Program-made: the position numbers and the translations under genes
The notes under the pieces: generated by a model
Databases searched by the model: none
What the model was told of the DNA's origin: nothing
Seen by the model: the letters and a program-made list of their open reading frames with translations, nothing else
Origin: a virus
Taxonomy: Duplodnaviria > Caudoviricetes
Reading direction: 5' to 3' (one strand)
Length of the DNA: 64,000 nt
IMG/VR virus record: IMGVR_UViG_2974749469_000001
Location: 3,528-67,527 of that record
Shown: positions 9,033-19,247 of the stretch, piece after piece
Position numbering within the stretch: the stretch's first letter is position 1
How the letters are laid out: every line of letters begins with the position of its first letter

Positions 9033-9215
9033 ATGGCAACTCGACGTCGGCGCGGCGGCTCGCTGAACACCCGCAAGAAGGGGAAGGCGAAGAACGGCGC
9101 GAAATGGGGGCACGGCTTCGTGCCGAAGAACGCCGCGGCCCGGAAGCTGAAGAAGAAGCTCGACCGAAACGGCAAGCGCCGCAAGCGGACATCGCAGGGG
9201 TACCCGAAGCGATGA
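9033..9215 (+). CDS. small highly basic protein
   Basis: 60 aa, K/R-rich, HGFVPKN core. Confidence 0.65.
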   Translation: MATRRRRGGSLNTRKKGKAKNGAKWGHGFVPKNAAARKLKKKLDRNGKRRKRTSQGYPKR

Positions 9216-9682
9216 CGGAGATGCGGTCCTCGCGGGCCGACGGTCTCCTCCAGTGGTTCACTGTCCACTCCCCGCGCAAGGAGTTCGGCGAGGGGTTCGT
9301 TATGCCGCAGCACTGGTTTCGGGTGAACATCTATGAGACCAACGCGCATCTGAAGGCCTACCGAGCCCGGAACGTCCGGCACGTTGAGGTCGAGAAGGAT
9401 CTCGGCGCCGGGGTGATCTGGAAGCACGACGAGCTACCCGACAACGGGTTCCTCGGCACGCTGATCGTCTCCGCGGACTGGCTCAACGCGCGAGTCATCA
9501 TCCACGAGAGCGTCCACCTCGCGGTGCGCGCGCTGAAGGGGCATAACGGCTCACAGCGACCGACGTTGAGCAACGGGGTCGTCGGTGTCGCGAATGAGGA
9601 ACTCCTCGCCTACCTCACCGACGGGATCGCCGCGGCGCTGATCACGGAGCTGGAGCCGTTCTTCTGTGGAGGCCCGGAATGA
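9212..9682 (+). CDS. putative HExxH metallopeptidase
   Basis: IIHESVHLAV plus downstream NEELLAY. Confidence 0.6.
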   Translation: MTEMRSSRADGLLQWFTVHSPRKEFGEGFVMPQHWFRVNIYETNAHLKAYRARNVRHVEVEKDLGAGVIWKHDELPDNGFLGTLIVSADWLNARVIIHESVHLAVRALKGHNGSQRPTLSNGVVGVANEELLAYLTDGIAAALITELEPFFCGGPE

Positions 9683-10110
9683 CCGGCCGGGCCCCGAAGC
9701 TCTGCTCCTGGCGGGATTCGGAGAATCCCTCGATCAAGTGCTCGCGCCGGGCCGAACAGGCACCCAACGGTGATGACTTTCGCTGTAAAGAGCACTGGCG
9801 CAAGTCTTTCGGCGCGAAGGTGCCGCGGCGCGTTCGGCCGCTCACTGAGGACGAGAAGAACTACATCCGCGAGCGCGACTTCCACGTGTGCCGCGAGTGC
9901 GGCGCTCCGGCGCACCAGGTCGATCACATCGTCGAGGTCGTCGACGGCGGGGGCAACGAGCCGAGCAACCTGCAACTGCTCTGCGACGAGCACCACGCCG
10001 AGAAGACCAGGCTGAGCCAGGAGGCGTGGAAGCCAGACGTTCGGCGCGGCACGTCGGCGCGAGCGCAGGCGAAGCGACGAGTCCGGGCCGCCGGGCTCTA
10101 CCAGCAGTGA
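9679..10110 (+). CDS. HNH endonuclease (packaging-associated)
   Basis: CRECG...VDHI...GG.N..SNLQLLCDEHH; immediately upstream of terminase. Confidence 0.85.
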   Translation: MTGRAPKLCSWRDSENPSIKCSRRAEQAPNGDDFRCKEHWRKSFGAKVPRRVRPLTEDEKNYIRERDFHVCRECGAPAHQVDHIVEVVDGGGNEPSNLQLLCDEHHAEKTRLSQEAWKPDVRRGTSARAQAKRRVRAAGLYQQ

Positions 10111-10128
10111 CCAGGGGAGGAGGACCGG

Positions 10129-11805
10129 ATGCTCATCGAGTACCCAGCGGCGCAGGACGACGAGGTCGAGTTCCCGACCCTCGGACCGCAGGTCGCACAG
10201 TTCATCGAGAGCCGGTTCAAGTTCGGTCCGGGATCGCTCCAGGGGCAGCCCGCGCGCCTGAGTGATGATCAGCTCACCGTGCTCTACCGGGCATACGAGT
10301 ACTACCCCGAGGGGTATCGGCTCTACGGCATCGATATGTCCGGCCGTCGCCGCTTCCAGCGGGTGAGCTGGTCGGTGCGCAAGGGCTCGGCCAAGACGGA
10401 GTTCATGGCGTGGGTCACCGGCTGCGAGCTGCACCCCGACGCGCCGGTCCGGTTCACCGCATACGACGGGAACGCCGAGGGCGGGCTCGCGCCCGGTCGC
10501 GCGGTCAACAACCCCTACATCCCTTTGCTGGCCTACACCAAGGACCAGACCGAGGAGCTGGCGTTCGGCGCGCTCCGATCGATCCTGGAGACCAGCGAGG
10601 ACTCCGACAAGATCTTCGACATCGGCAAGCAGCGCATCCTCCGGCTCAACGAGTTCGGCGCCGAGGACGGGAAGTGCCACGCTCTCGCCGGTAACCCGAA
10701 CTCGGCCGACGGCGCGCGCACGACCTTCCAAGGCCTCGACGAGACCCACCGTCTCTACACCGAGACCCACCGCGACGCCATTGAGACCATGCTCAACAAC
10801 CTGCCGAAGCGGCCGATGGAAGACGCCTGGCAGCTCGCGATCACCACCGCGGGTGAGCCTGGTCAGGGGTCCTACGCCGAGGACGAGTTCCGCGAGGGGA
10901 AGGCCTGCGCCGAGGGCAAGAAGAAGTCCGAGGGGTTCTACTTCCTCCACCGGCAGGCGCCGGACAACTCGAAGTTCGACACCATGGAGCAGCGGATGGC
11001 CGCGATCTGGGAGGCCACCAGCCCCTCGGTGCGCGAGTGGTCACGGCTGGACTCCATCGCCGCCAACTGGGATCGCGAGGGAGCCGACAAGCAATACCTG
11101 GAGCGGGTGTGGACAAACCGGTGGACCCAGACCGCGGCGCAGGCCTTCGATCGAGACGAGTTCGAGGCGCTCGGCGACCCTCGGTTCGTGATTCCGGACG
11201 GCGCGTTCGTCGCCGTCGGGTTCGACGGCGCGAAGTTCCAGGACTCTGTCGGCTTCGTGGTCACCGAGATCAGTACCGGCAAGCAGAACGTCGTGGGGTT
11301 CTGGGAGCGGCCGGAAGACTCGGTGCTCGGCCAGAACGAGGACGGATCGAAGAAGAAGTGGCAGGCCCCGGAAGCCGAGATCAATGCCACTTTCCACTCT
11401 ATCATGAAGCGTTTCAACGTGTGGCGTGTCTACGCCGACCCGCCACACTGGGTCGAGTCGGTCGGCTCGTGGCACGCGATGTACCCCGACAAGGTCTACG
11501 AGTTCTGGACCAAGGACCCGACGCGAATGTACTACGCGGTCAAGGGGTATCGCAGCGCGATCTCCAGCGGCCGGGTCTGTCATGACGGAGACCCCGACTT
11601 CGTCCGGCACATCGGGAACGCGGGCAAGCGCACGACACGCGGTGTCGACGAGGACGGCCAGCCGCGTTTCATCCTGACCAAGATCGCCTACGAGCGGAAG
11701 TTCGACCTCGCGGTGGCGGGCATCCTATCGTGGGAGGCTCGGATGGACGCGATCAACGAAGGCGCCGAGCCGGAGGTGGATGGCGAGTTCATTCGGGCTC
11801 GGTAG
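10129..11805 (+). CDS. terL: terminase large subunit
   Basis: RKGSAKT Walker A, GLDETH Walker B, VGFDG..QDS nuclease motif. Confidence 0.92.
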   Translation: MLIEYPAAQDDEVEFPTLGPQVAQFIESRFKFGPGSLQGQPARLSDDQLTVLYRAYEYYPEGYRLYGIDMSGRRRFQRVSWSVRKGSAKTEFMAWVTGCELHPDAPVRFTAYDGNAEGGLAPGRAVNNPYIPLLAYTKDQTEELAFGALRSILETSEDSDKIFDIGKQRILRLNEFGAEDGKCHALAGNPNSADGARTTFQGLDETHRLYTETHRDAIETMLNNLPKRPMEDAWQLAITTAGEPGQGSYAEDEFREGKACAEGKKKSEGFYFLHRQAPDNSKFDTMEQRMAAIWEATSPSVREWSRLDSIAANWDREGADKQYLERVWTNRWTQTAAQAFDRDEFEALGDPRFVIPDGAFVAVGFDGAKFQDSVGFVVTEISTGKQNVVGFWERPEDSVLGQNEDGSKKKWQAPEAEINATFHSIMKRFNVWRVYADPPHWVESVGSWHAMYPDKVYEFWTKDPTRMYYAVKGYRSAISSGRVCHDGDPDFVRHIGNAGKRTTRGVDEDGQPRFILTKIAYERKFDLAVAGILSWEARMDAINEGAEPEVDGEFIRAR

Positions 11806-11847
11806 CTGGGCTGATACAGTGATCGCAATCGATGAGGGGATACTCGG

Positions 11848-13425
11848 GTGAAGGTCGTCAAGTACAACGAGCGGGTCAAGGCCGCTCGTCCCGAGGGCCA
11901 CGATGACCCCACGAACGACTGGTTCCTCATCTACCTGCTGAAGGAGCTGTACGCCGGATTCCCGCGGCATAAGCGCCTCACTCAGTACGTCGACGGCGAT
12001 CCGCCGAAGCCGGAAACCCCTGAGAGCGCCAAGGACTCGTGGAAAGAGTACGAGGCGTTTCGGAAGAAGTCGCGCAACAACCTCGCCGAGCAGATCATCG
12101 GCGCCTGCACCGATCGAACCACGGTGCAGGGGTTCCGCACCGCCGCCGAGTACGACACTGACGGTGACGAGCAAGCCCGCGAACTCTGGGACGAAAACGA
12201 CCTGGATGTCAAGGGCGACAAGGCTATCAACGACAGCTACACCTACGGCCGAGGTTTCCTGCTGGCCGACCCGATCACGAAGAAGGCTCGGCACTACCTG
12301 CCCTGGCAGGCCACCGTCATCAACGACGTCGCCGAGAACCCTCGCGCCGGTCTCTGCATCGAGCACCGGCCGACCGAGGGCCGTGACTACGCCTTCCTCT
12401 ACCTGCGCGACGTTGACGCCAACGGCCTCGGCACTGGCAAGGTCAGCATCCACATCGCCGTGCGCGACCGGGACACCCGCACGACCCTGACCGGCGGGCA
12501 TTTCAGCACCGAGGTCCCGGTCTCGTCCTACCTCCCACAGCGGTGGGTGTGGTGGAAGACCGTCCCGACCGAGCTGGAGCGCATCCCCCTCGTCGACTTC
12601 CCGAACAAGGACGAACTCGGCGAGTTCGAGAAGCACACCGACGTTCTCGACCGGATCAACCACATGATCCTCCAGCGCGTCGTCATCGCGACCATGCAGG
12701 CCTTCAAGCAGCGCGCGATCAAGGGCAAGTTCCCGAAGTACGACGCCAAGGGTGTCGAGATCGACTACGACAAGATGTTCCCCTCGGACCCCAACGCGCT
12801 CTGGCTCCTGCCGGAGACGGCGGAGATCTGGGAGTCGGGGCAGACCTCGATCCAGGACATTCTCTCGGCGGTCAAGGACGACGTCCGCGACCTCGCGTCA
12901 GTCACCCGCACGCCGATGAACTACTTCCAGTCCGACTCGGCGAACCAGTCGGCGGCCGGTAGCGAGCTGCAAAACGACTCCTACCTGCTGAAGATCCGCG
13001 ATCGCAAGACCCGGATGTCGGCACGCTGGCGCCGATTCATGTCGCTGATGTTCGAGATCAATGGGGACACCGAGCGCGCGAACATGAAGAAGCTCGCGGT
13101 CATCTGGATGCCGAGCGACAACGTCTCGATCACCGACCGGTACTCCGCGGCGTCGCAGGCGAAGTCGCTGGGTCTGTCGCTGCGCACCGTCATGCGCGAG
13201 GTGCTCAACTACGACCCCGAGACCATCGAGGTCGCGGAGCTGGAGATGATCTCCGAGACGCTGAAGGCCGCGATCCGAGCGCCGCAGGCGGGTGAGACGA
13301 CCGGGGCGAACCCTGCACAGCAGACGCCGCTCCAGCAGCGCGCCGCGTCGGCGACCGCGCTCGCCGCGAGCAACGGCGCGACCAGTCGATCCACTGGGGC
13401 CACGGCCGGTAGGAGCGGCCAGTGA
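11848..13425 (+). CDS. portal protein
   Basis: 525 aa after terL; SPP1 gp6-like features (IPLVDFPN, GEFEKH). Confidence 0.88.
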   Translation: MKVVKYNERVKAARPEGHDDPTNDWFLIYLLKELYAGFPRHKRLTQYVDGDPPKPETPESAKDSWKEYEAFRKKSRNNLAEQIIGACTDRTTVQGFRTAAEYDTDGDEQARELWDENDLDVKGDKAINDSYTYGRGFLLADPITKKARHYLPWQATVINDVAENPRAGLCIEHRPTEGRDYAFLYLRDVDANGLGTGKVSIHIAVRDRDTRTTLTGGHFSTEVPVSSYLPQRWVWWKTVPTELERIPLVDFPNKDELGEFEKHTDVLDRINHMILQRVVIATMQAFKQRAIKGKFPKYDAKGVEIDYDKMFPSDPNALWLLPETAEIWESGQTSIQDILSAVKDDVRDLASVTRTPMNYFQSDSANQSAAGSELQNDSYLLKIRDRKTRMSARWRRFMSLMFEINGDTERANMKKLAVIWMPSDNVSITDRYSAASQAKSLGLSLRTVMREVLNYDPETIEVAELEMISETLKAAIRAPQAGETTGANPAQQTPLQQRAASATALAASNGATSRSTGATAGRSGQ

Positions 13426-14807
13426 CCACCCCCGGCGCGCTCCCCGCGCGTCCGGCGCTGATGGACGTGCCCCCGGTCCCGCCGGACCAGATGACCACCG
13501 AGGAGACCGAGGCCTGGATCGTCGCGCAGGTCGCCGCGATCACTCTCGCCGCGGCGGCGATGCGCACGAACATCACGAACAACATCGTCATCCAGCTCGT
13601 CTCGATGCTGCGAATGATCAACCCCTACAACGAGAATGCCGTCACCAGGTTCGCCGAGGAAGCGGCACAACTCGTCACCTCGGGGATGGGGGAAGCCGGG
13701 CGAATTGCCTGGTCGGCGGTTGCATCTCGGCTGGCCGTCCAGGGACACTCGCTCCGCGGGGAGTACCAGCCTCCGGTCGACGGCCGGACGACCGACCTCG
13801 CGGTGGCCTACAAGCGGGTCGCCGCCGACTACCGGTATCGGGTGTCTCTCGGAACCGAGTCGATCGCCGGGACGATCCAGCAGGCCGAAGAGGAGCGCTT
13901 CCAGGCGATCGGAGGCGCAATCGTCGCCGAGGGCAGACGAGGGGAGTCGAATGCCAAAGTCGAAGGCACGCAAAGGTCACCGACGAAAGGTGGCAGCTCG
14001 AAGTCGACGAGCGGAGGCGGAAGCGGAGCGGACCGGTCTGGATCCGCGAAAGGCTCCGATGGTTCTTCGGCTGGCGGCTCAACGGCATCGAGCGGCTCGA
14101 CGGCAGGCTCGTCAGGAGGAGCCGACACCCCTCGGCGTCCCACTAAGACTGATCGACCCGGCAACGTCGAGCCCGACGACTGGGAGCCCGACACCGAAGC
14201 TGCTCCCGGACAGGCCCCAGGAGATGTGGACGACGAAGAGGCGGCCCGTCTCGAAGCCGAGCTTCGTCGTGAAGCAGCCCTGAGCGACCAGGAGAAGCAG
14301 ACGCTCCTGGAGCAGGTCGCTCAGCAGGAGATGGAGATTCGCCTGGAGCGGATGGTCAACGACGACATCGGCATGGCGAATCGGTCAGCGTTCCGCGGCG
14401 CGATCAACGCCGTGCCGGGAGACGTCATCATCGGCTACCGGCGGGTGCTGCACCCCGAGCTGGCAGAGTCTGGCCAGTCGTGCGGTCTGTGCGTCGCGGC
14501 GTCGACCCGGCTCTACAAGAAGAAGGATCTGCTCCCGATCCACAACCTGTGCAACTGTGAGCCGGTCGAAGTGATCAAGGGTCGCGATGTCGGCCAGCAG
14601 ATCAACGACGAGGATCTGGATACACTCTACGGAGCCGCCGAGGACTCGACGGACCGTCAAGACCTGTCGAACACGAAATGGACGGTGTTCGACCATCCGG
14701 AGCTTGGGCCGGTTCTCCGGTCCGTGCCTCGGAGCAAGAAGAAGAAGCCCGTCGACATCGCGTTCAGTTCGCGGGAGTCAGCTAGTGACCGGGGAGGTCA
14801 ATCATGA
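13422..14807 (+). CDS. capsid maturation protease / MuF-like minor head protein
   Basis: GYRRV..PE...SCGLC.AAS.R.Y....LLPIH..CNC; Ser/Gly-rich linker. Confidence 0.75.
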   Translation: MTTPGALPARPALMDVPPVPPDQMTTEETEAWIVAQVAAITLAAAAMRTNITNNIVIQLVSMLRMINPYNENAVTRFAEEAAQLVTSGMGEAGRIAWSAVASRLAVQGHSLRGEYQPPVDGRTTDLAVAYKRVAADYRYRVSLGTESIAGTIQQAEEERFQAIGGAIVAEGRRGESNAKVEGTQRSPTKGGSSKSTSGGGSGADRSGSAKGSDGSSAGGSTASSGSTAGSSGGADTPRRPTKTDRPGNVEPDDWEPDTEAAPGQAPGDVDDEEAARLEAELRREAALSDQEKQTLLEQVAQQEMEIRLERMVNDDIGMANRSAFRGAINAVPGDVIIGYRRVLHPELAESGQSCGLCVAASTRLYKKKDLLPIHNLCNCEPVEVIKGRDVGQQINDEDLDTLYGAAEDSTDRQDLSNTKWTVFDHPELGPVLRSVPRSKKKKPVDIAFSSRESASDRGGQS

Positions 14808-15490
14808 AGCACACCAACAAGTCCCGCATCATCGCCGCAGCCATGCCGCTCGACGGCATGGTGCCGTTCTCCGGCCGACCGGCCCGCGCCGGTCGAGCGA
14901 TCCCGCGTCGTGATCCCGACCCAAACGAGCACGGCGGGAAGGGTGGCAAGGGCGGGAAGCCCGGCGAGAACGACGATCCGGATGACGATGACGATGACGA
15001 CCCGAAGCCGATCGTCGTCAAGGACACCGAGGAGTACAAGACCCGGGATGCCGAGGCGAAGGCCGAGAAGCGACGCGCCGACGCCGCCGAGGCCGAGCTG
15101 AAGAAGCTCCGGGAGGCCGGGCTCTCCGACGACGAGAAGACCCGAGCCCGCGAGCGCGATGAGGCCGTGCGCACGGCCGTCTCCGATAAGGAGACCGAGT
15201 TGACCGACCACTACGAGGGTGTGATCGGCGGTCTTCAGCAGCAGATCATCGACTCCGAGATCGACGGCATCCTCGGTGCCGGTGGCTTCGAGCGCAAGAA
15301 GTTCGAGGACGTCATCGCGAGTTTGGACACCAGCCGATTCATCAAGGACGATGGGTCCGTCGATCGAGAGAAGGTCAAGAAGGTGTTCACCCCGGTCATC
15401 GAGGCGTCCACATCTCGGCCTCCGCGGACTTCGACCACGCGAGTCGCGCGGAACACCGGCTTCGGCCGATACCTGGAAGATCAGGACTGA
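14804..15490 (+). CDS. scaffolding protein
   Basis: Position, acidic/coiled-coil composition. Confidence 0.8.
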   Translation: MKHTNKSRIIAAAMPLDGMVPFSGRPARAGRAIPRRDPDPNEHGGKGGKGGKPGENDDPDDDDDDDPKPIVVKDTEEYKTRDAEAKAEKRRADAAEAELKKLREAGLSDDEKTRARERDEAVRTAVSDKETELTDHYEGVIGGLQQQIIDSEIDGILGAGGFERKKFEDVIASLDTSRFIKDDGSVDREKVKKVFTPVIEASTSRPPRTSTTRVARNTGFGRYLEDQD

Positions 15491-15505
15491 GAGAAGGAGA
15501 GCCCC

Positions 15506-15925
15506 ATGCCCGGTCTTGTCCCCCAGCGGACGACCAACACGAACATCCGGGACCACACCTGGCTGGCATCCGCCGACGGCCTGGAGTACGCGCAGAGCGC
15601 CACCCTCCATGCCGCGAGCCTGAAGGCCGCCGGTGGTCACCGCGAGCAGAACTGGGTCAAGGGTGGCACGCCGCTCGGCCAGATCACCGCCCCGGGTGCG
15701 ACGAAGGACCAGTACGGCCTCTACGACCCGGCCGCGACCGACGGTCGACAGAAGCACGTCGCCTTCCTCGTCGACTCGAAGCAGCTCATCGATCCCGTCA
15801 CTGGGCAGGACAACGTCCCGCTCTCCGGCGCGATCATCAAGCGGGGCCAGATCCTCGTCAACCAGCTCCCGGTCGACTTCGACGTGACCGACGCCGACGT
15901 CAGCCCCCATTTCATCTACCGGTAA
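15506..15925 (+). CDS. capsid decoration protein
   Basis: GTPLGQIT...YGLYDP.ATDGRQ; directly before the major capsid gene. Confidence 0.75.
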   Translation: MPGLVPQRTTNTNIRDHTWLASADGLEYAQSATLHAASLKAAGGHREQNWVKGGTPLGQITAPGATKDQYGLYDPAATDGRQKHVAFLVDSKQLIDPVTGQDNVPLSGAIIKRGQILVNQLPVDFDVTDADVSPHFIYR

Positions 15926-15968
15926 TCGGCCACCACACCGATACCCCTTCACCAGATAGGAGTGGGCG

Positions 15969-17030
15969 ATGCCCATCAATCGCGACTACGTCGACCCGGC
16001 GGAGATCACGCGACAGGTCCGAGTGGCCCTGGCAGAGCAGGACATCAATGGCCCGAACACTCTCGCGCCGTACCTGCCGTCGGAGACCATCGACGACATC
16101 GAGTACAGCGCGGACGAGGGTCAGGGTGGCCTGATCGAGGCCGCGATGTACCGCGCGTTCGACGCCGAGCTGCCGCTGGCGAACGACGAGGCGCTCGGGC
16201 AGATGCGTGGTCGCATCCACCCGCTCGGCCAGAAGATCCCTCTCATGGAGGAGGATCGCATCCGGCTGCGCAACGGTGCCGAGAGCGGCCTGACCAACTA
16301 CATCGACCGGGTTGCGCGTCGCATCGCTCGCGCTGTCGCGCTCCAGATCAACCTGAAGCGCGCCGAGGCTCTGGCCCTGGGCAAGCTGGTCTTCGTCGGC
16401 AACGACCAGAACTTCGAGGTGCCGTTCGGCCGCCGCGCCGACTTCACGACCACCGCGGCCGAGCTGTTCACCGATCCCGACTCCGACCCCATCCAGTATC
16501 TCTCGGACCTCAACGAGCTGTACCTGGACGAGAACGGCTTCGAGATCGGCGAGTTCCTCACCTCGACCCAGGTCAAGTCGGCGTTCTACCGGCACCCGAA
16601 GGTCGTCAATGCGGCCATGGGTCGCGACGCCGCGACCTACGGCCAGCTCGCCCCCGACGCCAACGTTGCGGCGCTGCTCGCGCAGCACAACCTGCCCGGC
16701 TTCACCGTCAAGGGTGGCCGCGTCAAGGTCCGCGAGGTCGACGGGTCGCGCACGATCAAGGACCTGCTCCCGCGGGACTCGATCATCGCGCTCCCCGCCG
16801 GTGGCGATCCGGCCGTCGCGGGCTCGTCCGAGCTTGGCTCGACCTACTGGGGCAAGACGATCGAGGCCGACAAGCCCGCATGGGGCCTGTCGGAGGAGGA
16901 CGGCCCCGGCATCATCGCCGCCGTCCACGACAACGACGACGTCCCCGCTCGGATGTGGGTCTCGGCACACGCGATCGCGATGCCGGTGCTCATCAACCCG
17001 AACTACTCGCTCTGCGCGAAGGTGATCTGA
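15969..17030 (+). CDS. major capsid protein (phage cap E-like)
   Basis: 353 aa, position, RAFDAE and C-terminal AIAMPVL..P motif. Confidence 0.9.
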   Translation: MPINRDYVDPAEITRQVRVALAEQDINGPNTLAPYLPSETIDDIEYSADEGQGGLIEAAMYRAFDAELPLANDEALGQMRGRIHPLGQKIPLMEEDRIRLRNGAESGLTNYIDRVARRIARAVALQINLKRAEALALGKLVFVGNDQNFEVPFGRRADFTTTAAELFTDPDSDPIQYLSDLNELYLDENGFEIGEFLTSTQVKSAFYRHPKVVNAAMGRDAATYGQLAPDANVAALLAQHNLPGFTVKGGRVKVREVDGSRTIKDLLPRDSIIALPAGGDPAVAGSSELGSTYWGKTIEADKPAWGLSEEDGPGIIAAVHDNDDVPARMWVSAHAIAMPVLINPNYSLCAKVI

Positions 17031-17031
17031 C

Positions 17032-17466
17032 ATGGCCGACCGTAAGCTCGTCACACACGTGATGCTGCGCGAGCCCGGCGCCACGTCCATGTCCACCTTC
17101 GGTCCCGGCGACGAGCTGCCGGACTGGGCCGAGAAGATGGTCGAGGGGAAGGATCATCTCTTCGAGGCTCAGGACACGGCCGATCGCGCTCGCGCGGTCA
17201 GCCAGCCACGTCCGGCCAAGCGAGACCTCGCCGACAAGGACTACGCTCCGGGCATCGGCCCGGGCCGGGAGCCCGCAGCCAGCGAGGAGGGCGATTCGCA
17301 GCTCATCGACGTCGATGCGGTGCCGGAGCCCCCGAAAGGCAACGCCTCGCGCGAGGCCTGGGCTCTGTTCGCCGAGCACCCGGCGGTCGGCGTCCCCGTC
17401 ACTCCCGACATGGGTCGTGACGACATCAAGGACGCCTGCATCGACGCCGGGTACGTCGAGGCATAG
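17032..17466 (+). CDS. head-associated hypothetical protein
   Basis: FGPGDELPDWA and PPKGNASREAW..FA motifs typical after capsid genes. Confidence 0.7.
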   Translation: MADRKLVTHVMLREPGATSMSTFGPGDELPDWAEKMVEGKDHLFEAQDTADRARAVSQPRPAKRDLADKDYAPGIGPGREPAASEEGDSQLIDVDAVPEPPKGNASREAWALFAEHPAVGVPVTPDMGRDDIKDACIDAGYVEA

Positions 17467-17505
17467 CACGACCCGAGAGGCCCGACCCAGGAACAGGAGG
17501 ATGGC

Positions 17506-17961
17506 GTGGCCGCACTGGCAAAGTTCGACGACGTGCAGCGCGGCTTCGAGAAGCCCATCCCCGCAACTCTGAAGCCCAAGGTGGAGGAGTTCCTCGGTCG
17601 GGCCTCTCGGCGTCTGCACTTCTTGGTCCCGAAGCTCGAAGCCTCGCTGGTCAAGTCCTACGCCGAGAGCAACTACGACCCCGAGGCACCCGAGAGCGAC
17701 GACAACGAGATCCCGCTCGTCGCCGGGTTCGTCCGGGACATGGTCGTCGAGGCCGCCGAGGTCAAGCTCCGCAACTTCTCCGGCTACAGCTCGGAGTCGG
17801 CGGGTGTGTTCTCGGTGACTCGCGAGGACTACTGGGCCAAGGGCCGCGTCGTCTTCAGCGCCGAGGATCTGGAGCTGCTCAACCAGCGCATCGACGAGAC
17901 CTTCGGCGAGACGATCACCGGGCCCATCGCCACGCGCGTCCCGGCCCACCGGTGGCCCTGA
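17506..17961 (+). CDS. head-to-tail adaptor
   Basis: Position; GYSSES.G.FS motif. Confidence 0.7.
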   Translation: MAALAKFDDVQRGFEKPIPATLKPKVEEFLGRASRRLHFLVPKLEASLVKSYAESNYDPEAPESDDNEIPLVAGFVRDMVVEAAEVKLRNFSGYSSESAGVFSVTREDYWAKGRVVFSAEDLELLNQRIDETFGETITGPIATRVPAHRWP

Positions 17962-18365
17962 TGATCGGGATGAACGCCTGGATTGGCGGCGTCGACATCG
18001 AGGTCTGGTCCGAGCTGAACTCGCAGCAGGGAGACTCCTGGGGCGAGAAGAAGGCTCAGACCAAGCTGTTCACCCTGGAGAGCGTCCCCTGGGTGCCGCG
18101 CACGACCACCATGGCCACCAACGACAGCTTCCGTGAGCGGATCGAGAGCGGCTACACCGCGTACCTCTCCGCTGACGACATCGCGAAGCTCCGCGAGAAC
18201 TACGAGTTCCGCGTGACCTTCCCGACCGGCCAGCAGGCGGCGTTCGCGCTCGACGGCTCGCTCGAAGGCCTCATGTGGGACCAGAACCCACTCTCCAGCA
18301 TTGACCTCGGGAACGAGGTCAACTTCAAGTTCCTCCGCAGGATCGGGACCAGAAGTGGCGTCTAG
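17961..18365 (+). CDS. head-to-tail stopper-like protein
   Basis: Position and size; alternative start GTG 17952. Confidence 0.6.
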   Translation: MIGMNAWIGGVDIEVWSELNSQQGDSWGEKKAQTKLFTLESVPWVPRTTTMATNDSFRERIESGYTAYLSADDIAKLRENYEFRVTFPTGQQAAFALDGSLEGLMWDQNPLSSIDLGNEVNFKFLRRIGTRSGV

Positions 18366-18705
18366 CAAGCTCTTTCGTACCGGGTACGAAGAAGACATCA
18401 AGGGATTCGGCCAGCTCCTACGGCGGTCGAAACCACTCGACCGAGCACTGCGCTACTCCGCGGTCCAGATCGCCTGGTACTACCGGCGCAAGTACCCCCG
18501 GTCGAACGAGGGGGGAGCCCCGTCGGCCGACCAGGTCACCGTGATCAAGCGCGTGCCCGGCGGCCGGAGGAAGGACCGCATGGAGATGCGGATCGTCGCG
18601 AGGAATCAGAAGAATCTAAAGGAGATGTCGGAGACCTTCCGCGGCGCGCTGGTGCATACCTCCGGAGGCCGGAAGATCAGCCGACGGGGGAGGGTCTCAG
18701 GATGA
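18355..18705 (+). CDS. neck/tail completion protein
   Basis: GTG 18355; position. Confidence 0.55.
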   Translation: MASSKLFRTGYEEDIKGFGQLLRRSKPLDRALRYSAVQIAWYYRRKYPRSNEGGAPSADQVTVIKRVPGGRRKDRMEMRIVARNQKNLKEMSETFRGALVHTSGGRKISRRGRVSG

Positions 18706-19217
18706 CGTGGACACAGCCGACACTCGATCAGCTCATCGAGGTGACCAAGGAGCGGGTCCCGGGCTTCAACAGCGACTTCCCCGAGGGGGTGACCTACCCA
18801 GACATCGAGAAGCTGTTCGCCTCGGTGCTGCGCCCTCTGGTCGAGAAGGACAGCCACATCGGCAACTTCGTCATCTCCGACTACGACCAGGACAAGGTCG
18901 ACGAGGAGACCGGCGAAGTGGTCGACGGGCCCTTCATCGAGATCCACCGCCGCGGGGGAGAGTATGACCCCGACGACTTTTCGTACTCCCCGAATGTGGA
19001 GGTACTGTTCTGGGGGAAGTCGAGGTCGGTGGCGAACGACACCGCTGGTCTGGGGACGATCCTGCTCCTCGGGTGTGGCGGCGCCGAAGTCGACGGCATC
19101 CAGCTCGATTTCGTCGAGGACGCAACGGGAGACGAAGAGGTCCGTCAGAACAACTTCGACGACCGTTGCGTGACAAGACAATTCCGAACCGGATACCGAC
19201 CCATCTACCCCGACTGA
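18702..19217 (+). CDS. tail terminator
   Basis: Position just before major tail; IEIHRRGG motif. Confidence 0.65.
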   Translation: MTWTQPTLDQLIEVTKERVPGFNSDFPEGVTYPDIEKLFASVLRPLVEKDSHIGNFVISDYDQDKVDEETGEVVDGPFIEIHRRGGEYDPDDFSYSPNVEVLFWGKSRSVANDTAGLGTILLLGCGGAEVDGIQLDFVEDATGDEEVRQNNFDDRCVTRQFRTGYRPIYPD

Positions 19218-19247
19218 GTCGGGACCGAAGATAAAGGAGTAGGGCAG

